Assembly (NCBI RefSeq): GCF_964204645.1
Contig: NC_134033.1
Span: 12,408,655-12,472,654 of the forward strand
Direction of reading: 5' to 3'
Origin: Tubulanus polymorphus
Taxonomy: Eukaryota; Animalia; Nemertea
DNA length: 64,000 nucleotides
The notes under the pieces were generated by a model, which was not told the DNA's origin, did no database searches, and saw only the letters and a list, made by a program, of their open reading frames with translations. Shown here piece by piece: positions 27,136 to 40,255 of this stretch (position 1 is its first letter; each line of letters begins with the position of its first letter). A program made the position numbers and the translations under genes.

Positions 27136-29334
27136 TGGAGATACTTTACTGGCATTAGACATAAAGATGTCGAAACCGAGTTCAAATTCATGAACTTTTA
27201 TTATTTCAGATATTATTTTTTTAAATTTTGCTCGAATCAATCTACATCAGACGATGTCTATAGCTGAAGGGATCATCGCCAATTTTTAACCGCAGTAGGC
27301 GTTTGAACAGACAATTCGATAAAACAGACTGTCGAGTACGCGGATGATCGGGGGAGAGACGCTGTGTAGGCTGCGTCGAAAAAAGAAGATATCCTCCCAA
27401 CCTGCGACACTAAAAGCAGCTCGTCGCGTTTATAAAGACGAGGCTTGTCGCGTTGTATACGGGCAGAGATGGAATTATTGTGTTTATTCGCTGCCTCTCA
27501 AATATGTTGCAAAGTGCTTCACATCCATTAATGACTGACAGTTTGATACGTCTGAACTTCCCTCTCAGTCGCTGCCGTCATCATCGGCGACGATTTGAAA
27601 AAGGAATTATAACTTGTTTTTTTTCGGTAGTATTTAGGCATACGCGGAATGCGACCCTGAGATGTCTCAGGCATTTCAGAAAGTAGCGTATGATTAGTAG
27701 TAAAGACTCTATCGTGTTTTTTGACAAATCTTTCATATTCATTTTCAACATCTAATGTGATTTAACACCGTCAGTGGTTAGAATCAAATTATTAGCCTAC
27801 TTTTAACAATATGTGACCGATCCTTCCCGTGTCAGGAGAGAGAGGCTTTCTCAGACGTTCACATATGAGTTGTTAACAAACTTAAGCACGTTGTTTACAC
27901 TTATGGCATTACGAAATAACTTATGTACAGTGAACAGAGGTGGATATATAGGGTCTGATTCAGGGAGGGGTGCACGCCCAGAATAGGATAAATCACATTT
28001 CTAAAAAGGCACCCAGAAAACAAAACGATTTAGAGTCCTCACTTCAAGTGGCAGTGGCGTGGCCGTGTGGCCAAGTCACGATGACCGGGTTCCCGCTTAC
28101 TAAATCCAATCAATTATCAGTTTATTTCTATTCGATACTGGCTGGCCCCAGACAAGTTAACACGTTAGCCCTAATTAGAGAGTATACGACCTTGACATCG
28201 TTTTTTCAAAATTTCGACTGCGAATCTTATTTCCTTCGGCGACAGCAAAATACGCCGGATTTTTATTGTAAGCTGAAAGTTGTGACGCGACGCGCGGTAT
28301 TTGAAGCATGCGACACGGCACTCCCTTCCTTTTGAAAACCCGGGCTTATAAAGTATAGATTTCTCTTGTGCTGAAATCGACTTATTTTAGCTCCTGTCGA
28401 GAGTTACGTAAAAAAAAAATCAACAAACAGTCATCAAAAGTTGGCAAGTTGTTTATGTGATATCAATGTTCAACGCCCGAAGCCGAATTTGAATAATCGA
28501 TTGTATTGATTTTTCTTTCTGTAACACGCGAACAATATGTTTAAATATAACGCGACATATATACATTTAGTATTATGTATGCGTATTTCGTAATCCGTTT
28601 GAAATTCCGCGAATGGCTTCTGGAAATGTCAGAGGCTTTCTCGCTTTAATTATACATCTACGTATTGAAGGACCTATGCCTTTGATAGTTTACGTGATCG
28701 GATCGTTCAATGAAAAAAGAAAAAACAATATAACAGAATGAATCTTTTTTTCACCCGGTACGATTTTCGTAACATTGTCGATCTGTTTACCTGGCGTTTT
28801 GTTAACGTGATCTGGCACTAACACATATCGATAATATAAAAAGGACTGGAAACCGAAATATTGAATCAGAATTTAAATGTCTACCACTGAATGCCTTAAA
28901 GAGTTTTAACTTTTGAAAGAAAGACTAAGCAGAAAAAAATCCAGTTGCGTCAACTCAATAAGGGGAGTTCTGAACGGGTGGATCCTAACTTCGGTTTTAT
29001 TTAAGTCCGACGCAAACGACGCAGGGAAACGCTTGGAAACATGTTTCAGTATCTTGTTTCCGTGTTTCTCTGCGTCGTTTCCGTGGCGTAGAACCGAAAC
29101 GAGTTGAGCATCGATCGTTTTATAACTCGACAAAATCCGAGTGCAACTTAAGAGTATCGCTGATAGTCAGAGTTAGTCAAATGACGTTGGTAGAGGTAGA
29201 ATACCCCAGAGAGATCTGAATCGAACTAAAGTATTGGAATGAATATTTTCTAGTACATATACCTTACAACGAATTATTTTCTCATGAGCCAGGCGTAATT
29301 TCTATTTTCACAACGAGGGCAACTAGGAAAGGAA

Positions 29335-29414
29335 GTCACGGTGGCCGAGTTGTTCAAGCCGTTGGTCATTGGTTTCGTCAATCTTAGGCTCATGGGATCG
29401 AATCCTGGTCGACA
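29335..29414 (+). pseudogene. tRNA-Ser/Leu-like pseudogene or SINE head
   Basis: 5' GTCACGGTGGCCGAGTtGTTcAAGcCGTTGG resembles animal tRNA-Ser 5' halves, and a B-box GGaTCGAATCCTG follows. The anticodon arm is disrupted. Confidence 0.55.
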
Positions 29415-29560
29415 GAGTTTTTGGATCCCATTTGGGAAAAAGTAACATGGGACGTCATTATGTTCGTCATTTATATTGGAATATGGCCTAGAACTATGCC
29501 GACAACGATACCGCCGGATAACTGTTTTTTTTTTTGGTTGTTGTCCCGAATCGATTTCTA

Positions 29561-29589
29561 GAGAGAGAGAGAGAGAGAGAGCGAGAGCG
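29561..29589. repeat. (GA)n microsatellite
   Basis: (GA)10 followed by gcgagagcg. Confidence 0.9.
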
Positions 29590-30604
29590 CTGGAGAGATA
29601 CTTGATACAACCGTCTGACAGACAGACGGCATGTCGAAATAACTTGGGCAATAAAATCAAGATTTCACTCCGGAGAGATGTTTGCGAGATAGAATTCTGC
29701 GTCTCTTGACTCGAGCTATCGAGCTAGTGGTAATAGCATTAAATTGTCGGCAATATCCTGCGCATTGTCAACAAGTGCCGAGCAACCGTGCAGCATTTCC
29801 CCGACTTGTGAAAACCGCTGCACAACCGGCGAGCAAACAACAGTGCGTAGCGACGCATTACTCATGACTGAACGCATCGAATTTCACGACTTCCCTTCTT
29901 TTAAGTGTTGGTAACGTTAAGCGACACCTTTCAGTCAAAGCTTTAGTTCGCATTTCCCTTAATCGTTTACGCTGGTCTCACCAGCCCACCTTTTTGGAAC
30001 GTCTATACATCACTGATCAGTCGGTCGGAGTGCTATATGGTGGCGGCCATCGTTTCTCGAATGGTCTTCGCGTAGATCACTAGGCAGTTAGTGATTAGAC
30101 AGCCACGTTTTCTCGAGAATATAGTCTATATACGGCGTAAAGGTCCTGCCGGTTCGTGCAGTTCAATTCAGCTCAACAAGTGAACGTACATGAAGAGCAA
30201 CGAATGGAAATTACGATGGCGGCGACGTCGACGATACACACAGAGAGAGAACGGTTTCAATCTCATCAACATTTTGAGTGCGACGGAAAGAAGAACATCA
30301 AGACGCGATATTATCACGATAGAGAGCAAGTCGAGATCTACGCCGTAGCCGGAATCCTTGTTGCATCAGAGACTGAAGAGGCTGGCTGCATAATGACACA
30401 GAACATCTTCTGTTACCAGCTGCAATTACTCGACATTTTAAGATTAACACGACTTGAGAGTTGCGTGCGTGCGGTTGCGTAAAGACTGCGACTCGATGAG
30501 GACTCGCAGATTGACTCACAGATTGACTTTCAATTGACTATACGGTCTCCACAGTGTAGGCGGTAGAAAAAAATACAGATTTCTTTGGGTTTTTTTCGAT
30601 ACAC

Positions 30605-30800
30605 GAGCACGAGCGGTTTGGGCGAGTGGATGCCAGGTCGTGTGTTCGAACAGTGTTCACGGGCAAAATACTCATTGCACTCATTGCCTCTTTCCACCCA
30701 GGAATAAATGTGTACCTGGTCTGATATAGACAACTCCTCAGCGCTTAGTACATGTAACTATACTCAGATTGCGAGGGAGGGATGATCGGTACAGAGTTAT
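30605..30800 (+). mobile_element. tRNA-derived SINE relic with CORE-like central domain
   Basis: gagcggtt...gtgttcgaac head, then gggcaaaatactcattgcactcattgcctctttccacccaggaataaatgtgtacctgg. This resembles the invertebrate CORE-like SINE motif gggcaagacactt..gcctctctccacccaggagtataaatgggtacc (recalled consensus). Confidence 0.6.
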
Positions 30801-31260
30801 AGGCTGGGGGTAACACATTTTGGAAAGCACCTTTAAACATTCTATCGGTGGAAAGGGCACCGTAGAAATATTGAAATAAAATTGTGCAGGTCACGTCCAC
30901 CCAAGAATCTATATTGATGTATAATCTATGTAAGAGTCTGTATTGACATACACTCCATTATCACCATTCCCACCACGAATTGAGTGTATTCGATAATAGT
31001 TCTTACGTTGTAAGATTTTTAAATGTTTCAAATGGATCACTATTTGTATTATGAGCTGTCGTGGTGGGGTCATTTCTTTGCCGACATTCCGACGTCGTGC
31101 TTGTTGACAATGCTTAGTAATTGGCCGTTGCTAGGTAAACAGTACTCTGTCAGGTCTGATGACTGATTGTTGCAATAGCTGCTATGTAAACAGAGTCTCG
31201 GGACAGGCCTGTTGCTGTGACGACCCGAAACGCTGTCGCTGAAATATGACGAATGCGGAA

Positions 31261-31292
31261 CTGCAGCACCAGCTATGCCACCAGATGGCGTG
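31261..31292 (+). promoter_or_regulatory. CTCF-like motif with upstream (U/M2-like) module
   Basis: CTGCAGCACC-agcta-TGCCACCAGATGGCGTG. Confidence 0.45.
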
Positions 31293-31622
31293 AAAATGAG
31301 CACTCAGTTTCTGTAAAGATTTGTTTTATAGTTTTCTTTCATGTACCATGGGAATGGTTGGAATGTAACTAACTTAATTAACGTAATTTGTAATCCTTAC
31401 GTTAGGTAAGAATAGTTGTAAACATGTGTTTACCTTTGAACTGATTTTCCAGGCTCCCTGACACATACATTATCGCAAGAACCGCCAAATATGCATTGAA
31501 TTGATTATATTTTTTTTTAATCAGCGATTGGTGTAGTCTTTATCAACGATTGATTTAAGAGAAAATATCATTCGATTTTCACCGAAATGTAAAAGAAATT
31601 GAATGCGGAAGACCGAGTAACT

Positions 31623-31653
31623 ACTAGCGACCCTGGTGGATCCTCGCTTGCCA
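31623..31653 (-). mobile_element. Helitron-like 3' terminus relic, copy 3 of 3
   Basis: Minus strand reads tggcaagcgaggatccaccagggtcgCTAGt. Confidence 0.45.
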
Positions 31654-32373
31654 TAATTATAATCCTCGGATTACCGCAGTAGCGTTGATAGTTTCACCTA
31701 TTTTGAGCGATAGATTTGAACAGACCAAAGTCAGACCGTTCTAAATAACGTACTGTGAACGCGGCTTTTCCTATCATGGTCGTAGTTGGACTTTTCTAGA
31801 TGGCAGTTAACTGACGATTTATTCTATTGCTAAATCAGTAATAATAATCAAAACTCGAGTAACATAAAAATTGTATTGATTTTTACAGATGATATGATTA
31901 TTGTGTGCCTAACAAACTAGTGTCGCGTGTTTGTTCTTTAATCTTTTTTCAAAAATCGATCGACGAACTTTTTCTGCGCCACTGTTGGTGTTAACACGAC
32001 CCTCGAGCAACGTTTTTCGAATAACACGAATTTCTACGGCTTTAACTGCAGATAAATTGCATTAGCTTTCATTGGATTTTAGTTTGCTAGGAGCCTTTAC
32101 GTGTTCGAAGTCACACCCTATTGTGTAAGTTTGTTTTGCGGGCACACAAGCGGTAAATAAAATGCTAATAATGCTGCTAAGCACCGATGTTCATAATTTG
32201 GTTATTGAATGATGTTATGCAGTTACGAACGAACAAAGTTTAAGAATAAAAAGTTCTAAAAATTGATATGGAGAAGATTTAGTAATTTTATCATAACGAA
32301 AATTATACGTCGGATGGTAAACATTATTCCACGTGATGAGGGATGCTACAGTATAGACTGTGTTTAGTACTCC

Positions 32374-32405
32374 CATGGACGTATAAACTAGTTTATAAGT
32401 CCATG
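32374..32405. mobile_element. 32-bp palindrome of the same family as 11345-11384, with a 7-bp near-duplicated flank
   Basis: gtactcc [catggacgtataaactagtttataagtccatg] gtacccc, flanks 6/7 identical. Confidence 0.7.
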
Positions 32406-33249
32406 GTACCCCGGAGTCAGTTGGTTCGGATTATCGTGTGCCCCGCCTAACAATATTCTCTTACTCCTGTGACCAATCCCTGCTCCGACTGCCCCGAAAT
32501 CCATGTACCTCGGAACAAATTTACTTAACCCCGTCAGAGTACCACGGCAAAAAATAAATTGGAAAAAAATTTGGCTCTTGTTTTTATCCGAAGATGTCTC
32601 AACGTCGTGTGCTTCGGCAAAATCGGAACTATTCGGAAATTACGTCACGACGAGTAACAGCGGATCGGCGCAACAACCAGCACCCGAGCCTCGGCCTCGT
32701 ACGAGCGAGCGAATAGAGCTAGCACGATGAAACCCCGGCGACGATTCCGTCCATTAATGACTCACAAAAGGACGTAAAGATCTTTTCGCGGATAAATCAT
32801 CGATAATGAACCGAGGCAACAATTAACTTTCACGTCATGGCGACGCGAGTAAAGCGCGAATTCCTTTAATTCAACTCGTGTCTGTGCGGTGTCTGTCTCT
32901 GTCTGTCTCTGTCAGTCGCGCCCGGCTTTGATTCGACGGCGTTTTCGCCGGAATGCGGTTAATACAATTAAATCCGGGGCTTTTAGTTGAAATGACGTTC
33001 GTAAGGATCAAAAAGATTCGACGCTTTTCGATTAGGAGCGCTGAGTTTTTGAAGAACTCTGATGTGTGCGCGAGGTCGCCGCGCGCACACGAACGCACCG
33101 AGCACACGCCGCGAATACTCCTGATTCTAGGAGAGGCAATTTTAAACAGTTCGGTTTTGATGTAGCTAAAAGTAATTTTCTGGTCATAAACGCCCCCTAT
33201 GATCGCATCAGTGAATCAACTGACACGATAAGCACTTCACCTTGCTCGC

Positions 33250-33478
33250 CGTGGTGGTGGCCACTGACCTGGAAATCTGGTAAACACAGAGAATTCGGAA
33301 AGTGTTGTTGACCGCGTGTTTCTTTATCAATTCGTGATTCATTCAATGAAAAATGAATTTTTTTAACATTTCAAACCTAGAAGTTATTTTGATTCACACG
33401 AGCTTTATGTAATCACATGGAAATATCAGAGGGAAACTCAGGGGATTCGTAAATTTGCGGAAAGTGGCGCCACCCCGT
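33250..33478. mobile_element. Decayed MITE with (cagg)gtggccac...gtggc(g)ccaccc terminal inverted repeats
   Basis: Left end ggtggccactgacctggaaa, right end aagtggcgccacccc, with internal caggg/cagag-gaa-type subrepeats. Confidence 0.45.
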
Positions 33479-34327
33479 CATAAATACCGGAAATTATTAA
33501 CAAAAAAGCCAATATATTGTTACTAATGCACGTATTGTAACTTTATGGCAATTCTGTAACAATCTAATGACAATCTTGTCTAATGACAATCCTCTAAGGG
33601 TGGGGCAAACAATCGGGCTTCGAAAACCGAACTTCTTGGCTTAATCATGTGCCCTCTAGCGACAGAAATATACACCACTGATTGAAATCTAATTAGGACT
33701 TATGGCTTGACGTATATGATATTGGTATTTGATCTCAGAACTCTATCGGGATCGGTTCATTCAATTTTTAAGATGACATCTCCAAATTGCTTTTGTTCGT
33801 TATACATTCATCCGAAGATCCTCTTAAAAAATCTCGGTTTTTAACTCATTCAGAAACTGATATCAAGCGTCTCTCCCTAGAGATCGCGGATATTCGCATA
33901 TGTACATATTTTGAAAGGATGTCTACAAACTGTTACAAAGTGGCGGAGGACTTGTTGAACGAATCCCGCCTTCAGAGACGATCTGTCTGACCGTAACTCG
34001 CCGCCCGACTTAAAACTCCATAAATCCAAAAATGCAACAGCATCATCGGGCCGCGATAGTTTCAGCGCAATTGAAACCGCGGTATAGTATTTACCCGGCT
34101 CGACGGGTCCTGCGAGATACATCCATCACCGGTTTGACGGATCTCTCTCCGCGCGAGGGTTTGTTGACTTAGCGTCGACTCCGTGGCGACGCTCTGGCGA
34201 GCAAATATCAACTCGGAGACGTTATTACTACCACCGACGAAGACAAATCCTTTAAACCCCGCTCCGGCGGGATCGCCTCAGACAGTTTGATATATTGACG
34301 TTGGATTTATTGTTTTATCCAAGTTTT

Positions 34328-34330
<3 letters not shown>

Positions 34331-34394
<64 letters not shown>
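34331..34394. repeat. (TA)32 microsatellite
   Basis: Direct reading. Confidence 0.98.
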
Positions 34395-34395
<1 letters not shown>

Positions 34396-35448
34396 GTTCA
34401 TTGTGAAAGCAATAGATTTTATCACCACGCTTTCTATCGTTCTCAAATCTCTACTGCGCCGACAGATTCGTCGATATATAGTAAATATTCTCTTCGAGCG
34501 CCGGAGCCCTGAGGCTTAATGCTCACGATCTCCACGGTTGCAACGTAGTTCCAGAATGAGCTCCAAAGTGATTTAGAGTTTCGTTTTTTAAGTCTGTGGT
34601 TTTTAAGAACGAAGTTTAGTTTCTCATTTTCCTGTTGAAGTTATACTAACGTATACCCTTGTAAATGCGAATGCTCGCACTTCAAATGAATCTCGTTGAC
34701 CTTAAATAATATTTTGTCTTTCCTTTGACCAAAAAAAATATCAAAATATAACAAATCTCAAAACTTTTCATATTTAGATCGGCTACCGCCAAATTTGGCT
34801 TCGACTGAGCTTATCAACCAAAATCAACTTTATTCATTGAAAGTTTAGCTTCAGGAAATAAACTTGTACTTGGACGGAGTCAGTGCTTGCGCTGTCGTCC
34901 CTTATCTCAGTACTCGTTAAATTAGCTTTTAGATCGTCGTCTTGAGATTCAGTTACTCGAGAAACTGCCGACTCAGATATCGGAAAGTTCTGGTGGCCTA
35001 GTGCAGCATTGTCGATATTACTGTCCCGTACAGTAGACTCTATACTCTAAACTCTATTACATTAAGGTTATTTCTTGTCGTGTTATGAGTCGGTTTTCCG
35101 CCTTTAGCGGCGGGGCTTAAATATTGATATCGAATGCAATATTACGCAGTAATAGCGTTTATTATTGGTAATAGTCGCGATTGTGACTGCTGAAAATTAA
35201 TGCAATACTCGCCGGCCGCGCTGTTGTCGGAGTCATTCTCGACGTTTACAGTCCAACGCGACGCTATTAACCTCAAAGCCACCGTTCAACGATAATTTCT
35301 TTTCCATCCTCATTAAGAATCAGTATTGCTTTTTTATGAAATGCGCATTTCGTTTTGCTCCGTGAATATAATGGTCGAATATTATGTGAAAGTTCTTTGA
35401 GACCTGTCTGTAGCATAATTGATATTCAGAACTAATGTGCCTTTGAAC

Positions 35449-35785
35449 GTAGGATCTTATTTTCAAATGGATCAATCGAGTTACTTTGGATTTGAATATC
35501 GAAGATTGAATTGACCGGCAACCAGTCTAGTCCCGTTATATTGATGACGTAGAACACATGCTCATCAAAAATCACTATCAGAATTTTTCAAATATAGAAT
35601 AAGAGTCATGGAATGTATTTCATTACAAAATAAATGCCAAAATTGACAATATTGTAATCGTTATTTTGAAACACTAATATCGATGACGTAGTGCACACCA
35701 ATACTCACACAGAACCCCTAAAATAGCGAATACAGGTATCCATGTATATAAACATTACTGTAACCGTTTTTATGGCGTCAAAAAC
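35449..35785 (+). mobile_element. Dispersed repeat family A, copy 1 (internal duplicated ATTGATGACGTAGTGCAC motif)
   Basis: gaattgaccggcaaccagtctag...ttgatgacgtag...gatgacgtagtgcac...taaacatt...ttttatggcgtc, collinear with copies at 38.5, 45.6 and 61.5 kb. Confidence 0.85.
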
Positions 35786-38534
35786 TACTAAATCGTTAAG
35801 TGAAAAAAAAGTCTCCCTTTCTTCTATCGCCCAATACTCGGTGTCGAAACGTTGACCGAGTTCAGTCTATACAATTAACCCTTTTCTATTGATTGCATTA
35901 CGATCGTCGCTGCGTCTTAAACACACATACGGCCAGCACACGGAATTCCTGTACTGGAAAAGACCGTCGGTAATAAAACGTGTCGACCCAAACCACCGGC
36001 GGATTGCGCGTCTAATTCGCTGAGTCATCGTCGTCATCGTTCGTCCACAAGTTGCCGGTGTCGGCTGCGGCGTCTTCGGGGACGCTCGTTTAACTCTCGC
36101 CGAAGTCTCGTCACGCGCCAGTGAGCGCCACGAGAACTTATTGCCGATGGATGATATTTGTTTCCCGCGTACGGTTTAACTATCGTTCCGGCTTTAATTT
36201 ATATAAGACCCTCGTTCAACAGATTATAGAGAATGAGTCAGCAGCGACAGTGCAGCTGGGTCCTCCACTTATGACCGCATACCCGGTGACTTACGTTCAT
36301 ATAAAGCTTTTTTTCATCTCCCTAAGCTTCTAATCTCCGTTTAAAAAAATGGAAAAAAATGTGTTATTCATATTTCAGCAGCCTATCAAAAGATTAAATG
36401 AAAATCGAATTTTTAATGAATTTTGATATAGTTTTTCAATTGGCGAAAATTCTCTAAAAAATCATCTTGCCCAAAACGTTTGCATTGCTCATTGAAAAAT
36501 CATAAATCAAACAAAGAAATAGCGTTTTCATTTCTTTTTCTAAGTATTCTAAATATTCTTAGAAATCATCATGTTGGGTAATTCCGTATTTGAATATTGC
36601 TAAAATTGTTAGAAAAAAAATCGAATTTCTATATTTGGTCTATAAAATAGGGTTCGAATAATATTCCGTCGGGTTGTAATTCGAAATGCGCGGCACGTGA
36701 GGAATTTTCGATCGAAATTTCGTTGTTGTTCTCGAATCGAATAAGTTTTTTTTTGTTGATCTCAAAACTGCCAATCAAAAAGCGCCAAAAGCGATTAGCT
36801 AACGATTTATGTGACTAATTTTCGAAAATAGATCGTTTTTCAGTCGGCACAAAATGAAACAAAATTCACAAACCCGAGGGAAAATATTCTACAGGTTCAG
36901 ATCAAAGCATAAGTACATTGTTATATGCGGGAAAATCATTCGGGGTAAAAAATGAACAGTCAGATTATCAATCGAAGTCTTCCTGTTTCCCGATCATCCG
37001 ACTATGTCTGTTCGTCGGTTTCCGATTCGAAAAAATCAAAAATCAAACCCCTGTTTTGAAATCAAATCGTTATCACAATCAATCAATCAGAATAAGAGGG
37101 ACAGGTCCTTATTTAACGATAGAAAGTATTGAATATGTTTTTTATCACTCTGTCCCGAGTTGGAAGATCAAAGATTCAAAGTTGAATCATACTTCACACA
37201 AAAATGAAGTCTAAAGCCATTTACAAAGTTTTAATTTTCCTCCTATTTGCCTTGAAGCGAAGGAACATTACGAGTGAAAAAAGTTACACCGCCAGTTAAA
37301 CATCGTTTCGAACATTTCGAGATTGCGATTTCTGCTAGTCCTGCGGGTTCGAATCCCGCATCGATTCGATTTATTGTTTATCGACTCGTAACTTGTAAAC
37401 GAAACGACGACGATTCGCCGATTCGCATAGAATTGTAACTTGTCGCTCGTCGAACATAAAACAAAAACCGTCCTCACTCTCCGGAGACGCAGCTGTTTTG
37501 AAAATTGCTGACTCATCGCCGATTCGTTTTCTGACTTTCAATTACGATGTTCGGCACTCGTAAAAATCAACTTATACGCGTCGATGAAATAATTCTGTGT
37601 GACTAAACCGGCAGTAAGTCGTTAAATACAACACGACGATCTGGCGCACGCGGTATTTAGCCGCGAGCACCGGTACCGCGCCCGGTACCTGAATCCCAGT
37701 TCACTTTAATCGTTAGTAGTTAATCCTCGTTAAATTTTTCGATGAGTTAACACTAATAGTCGAATCTTAACTCGCGATCGTGTCGAAACTGGAACCTGAA
37801 GATTGCTTGTGTATAAAAGAAATCGGCCCAGACGATTAAAGTCTTGCGGAAAGATGCGATTGACTTCGATAAAAAGTGCAGTTTCGACCATTCCTTGCAG
37901 TTCCCCATCAGGAACCATTCAGTCGAGTAAGGATCGCGGCTTTCACTGAGAACAAATTTTAGCTTAAAACTGTTTATTTTGAAATGATGTCTCATCAAAA
38001 ACGCAAAGTAAAGCAATAGCAAAAAAGCCAAAAATGTTTAAGTTTGAAATGAACTTTTTCGTGTAACCGGGACCCAGAGGTGGATCAAGAACTCTTCAAA
38101 CCGCCGGATTGTGTTAAAGTTACCATAAGTTTAACTTTCAAATTTTCGTTTCAAATTTCAAAAGTACATCGATTTCAGCGAATCCTTTTTGATTCATATT
38201 AATTTGTTTATTGAGACTAGAGAATTAACGAATTGAAGCAGAATCGATTTACTAAACGACAAAAATGTTTGTTTACAAATTTCGTCGAGTCAAATTTCTT
38301 TAACTTCACTTCAATTTAAATTCGTCATGCGTTGAACTCAATCAAATTTGCGCTGATGTTTCAATTTTCAAACGTGATTTTGATCAGATTTTCTATTCGT
38401 TTATTACGATGTTGAGATGGCAGTCACCGCGTGGCTGACACTATTGAATTCTAAGATTTAAAAAAACAAACAGTACAGCTACGGGAAAGGGCGGGGAGTC
38501 AAAGGATCTTATAGGTAAAAATTGATAGGTTCGA

Positions 38535-38922
38535 ATAGAAATAAGAAAACTAACTTGAAAGTTTATTGACGCCTTAAAAATAACACATATATTGCTTATA
38601 TTTGTTGACAATGAATGATATAAATGAATTATATAATTTGAAAATATTAAATATATCAAGGATCGAATTGAAATTTCCGGCAACCAGTCTAGCCCCGATG
38701 AATTGGTAACGTAGTGCACATCCTCTCAAAAGTAATTACTAAAATGTATCGCAAATAAAATAAGAGTTATGAAATATATTTGATTATTCACAATTGCAAT
38801 TGTTATTTTGAAGCGCTAATATTGATGACGTAGTGCACATGGACTCGCACAACCCCTTTAATTACGTATACTAAATACCAATGCATGTAAACATTGATTT
38901 AACGGTTTTTACGGCGTCGAAA
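38535..38922 (+). mobile_element. Dispersed repeat family A, copy 2
   Basis: ccggcaaccagtctagcccc, two acgtagtgcac motifs, and the 3' end taacggtttttacggcgtc. Confidence 0.85.
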
Positions 38923-40109
38923 TAAAATGTTTGAATGGATGAATTTTATTTTGCAAAATAAAATATTAAGAAATTATAAGCGACTCAGATTATGCGCTCT
39001 CCCCGCTGACGTCACCCGTGGTTCGTATCATCCGCTGTCGTTCACATATTAATTACTTCAGCCCGACGCGAACTTTCACGGTAAACACAACTCAAACGTC
39101 GGTGACATGAAATTCCTTCGCTCATGAGAAAATCATTTCAAACGATATACGATCGCAGATCGCGTAGCCGTAAAAGCAATATGCTCATGAAATTACGCTA
39201 AGACAAGTCTCACCGAGCGCGCCGTGCGGCCGTCGTCATATTGTATACATAAGTCTCAAAGCGGCCCGAATCACTCTGAGTCACTTGTCATAAATAGCGA
39301 TGAAAAGACATTTTTCGAGCGTCGAGGAGCGAGAGAAAAAATGAGTATTCATTCATTTCGCCGTCGACGAAGTATCGCTGTCGCTTGATCTGGCCACTTA
39401 GCGTCGGTGATTGAAAGTTTGAAAAGCACTCACCAACCGCAATAACCTCGGTTAGATTGTTTTAACTGTACGAATACGAGTCGTGTTTGATGACTGCCAC
39501 GACCACCACCACGACCACGGCGAGTACGTGCGCTAGAAAGATCGTTGACTCAGCGTAAATTACTACTAGAAAACCAATTTAACCAAAGATATATACAGCG
39601 GCCGTTTTAAGCCGTAAATGAATAATTTCTCAGAAGAAGTCTTTAATGTACGTTTTAGATTGATAAATGGGTAAATGAATTTTAACTGAAACGTCTGACC
39701 ACATAGATATATTATTCCATCTACAACCTGCGGTCTACAATTAAGGGTCACCAAATCCCATCAAGATTTAGGAAAATGAAGGCCCCCTTCCTCAGTTTCG
39801 GATCATATTTTACATTACGGTCCCCATCTGAAATAAACTAATTTCCTCTTTGGAGTCAAACTCAACCGACAATGTATTGTGAAAACTGGATACTTGGTCA
39901 TTGCTTGGTCTTTGATTTCGCGAGAAAACCGCATCTCGCTTTTTACTTGAAATCCTAATATCCGCGATGTAGCGACAGGTAAAAATCCCAAGATATTGGA
40001 AATGATTACACTGCAGTTCATTCCTATCAGACAATCATTTTTGAAATGACTAAAAAAATGTTTTTTGATTCATTTATTGCGCGTCTCATTTTGAGTGGCG
40101 AAGTCGACG

Positions 40110-40255
40110 AGACTTAAGTCCAAAAGTGGTCTTAAATCTTGAAACTAGTTTTAAGTTGTTAGATTTATTATCTTAGGTTGTAAGATTGACTTAAGAACTA
40201 AGTTGGTCTTAGATTGATCATAAATCCTAGCCGTGACTCACGTGCAACCAGCCCT
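40110..40255 (+). mobile_element. Decayed palindromic MITE
   Basis: Repeated gacttaag/gtcttaa/gtcttag subunits, homologous to 16195-16300. Confidence 0.45.

Noticed and set aside
29335-29414. Functional tRNA-Ser gene
   Set aside because: The anticodon and acceptor stems do not pair properly. Kept only as a pseudogene or SINE head.
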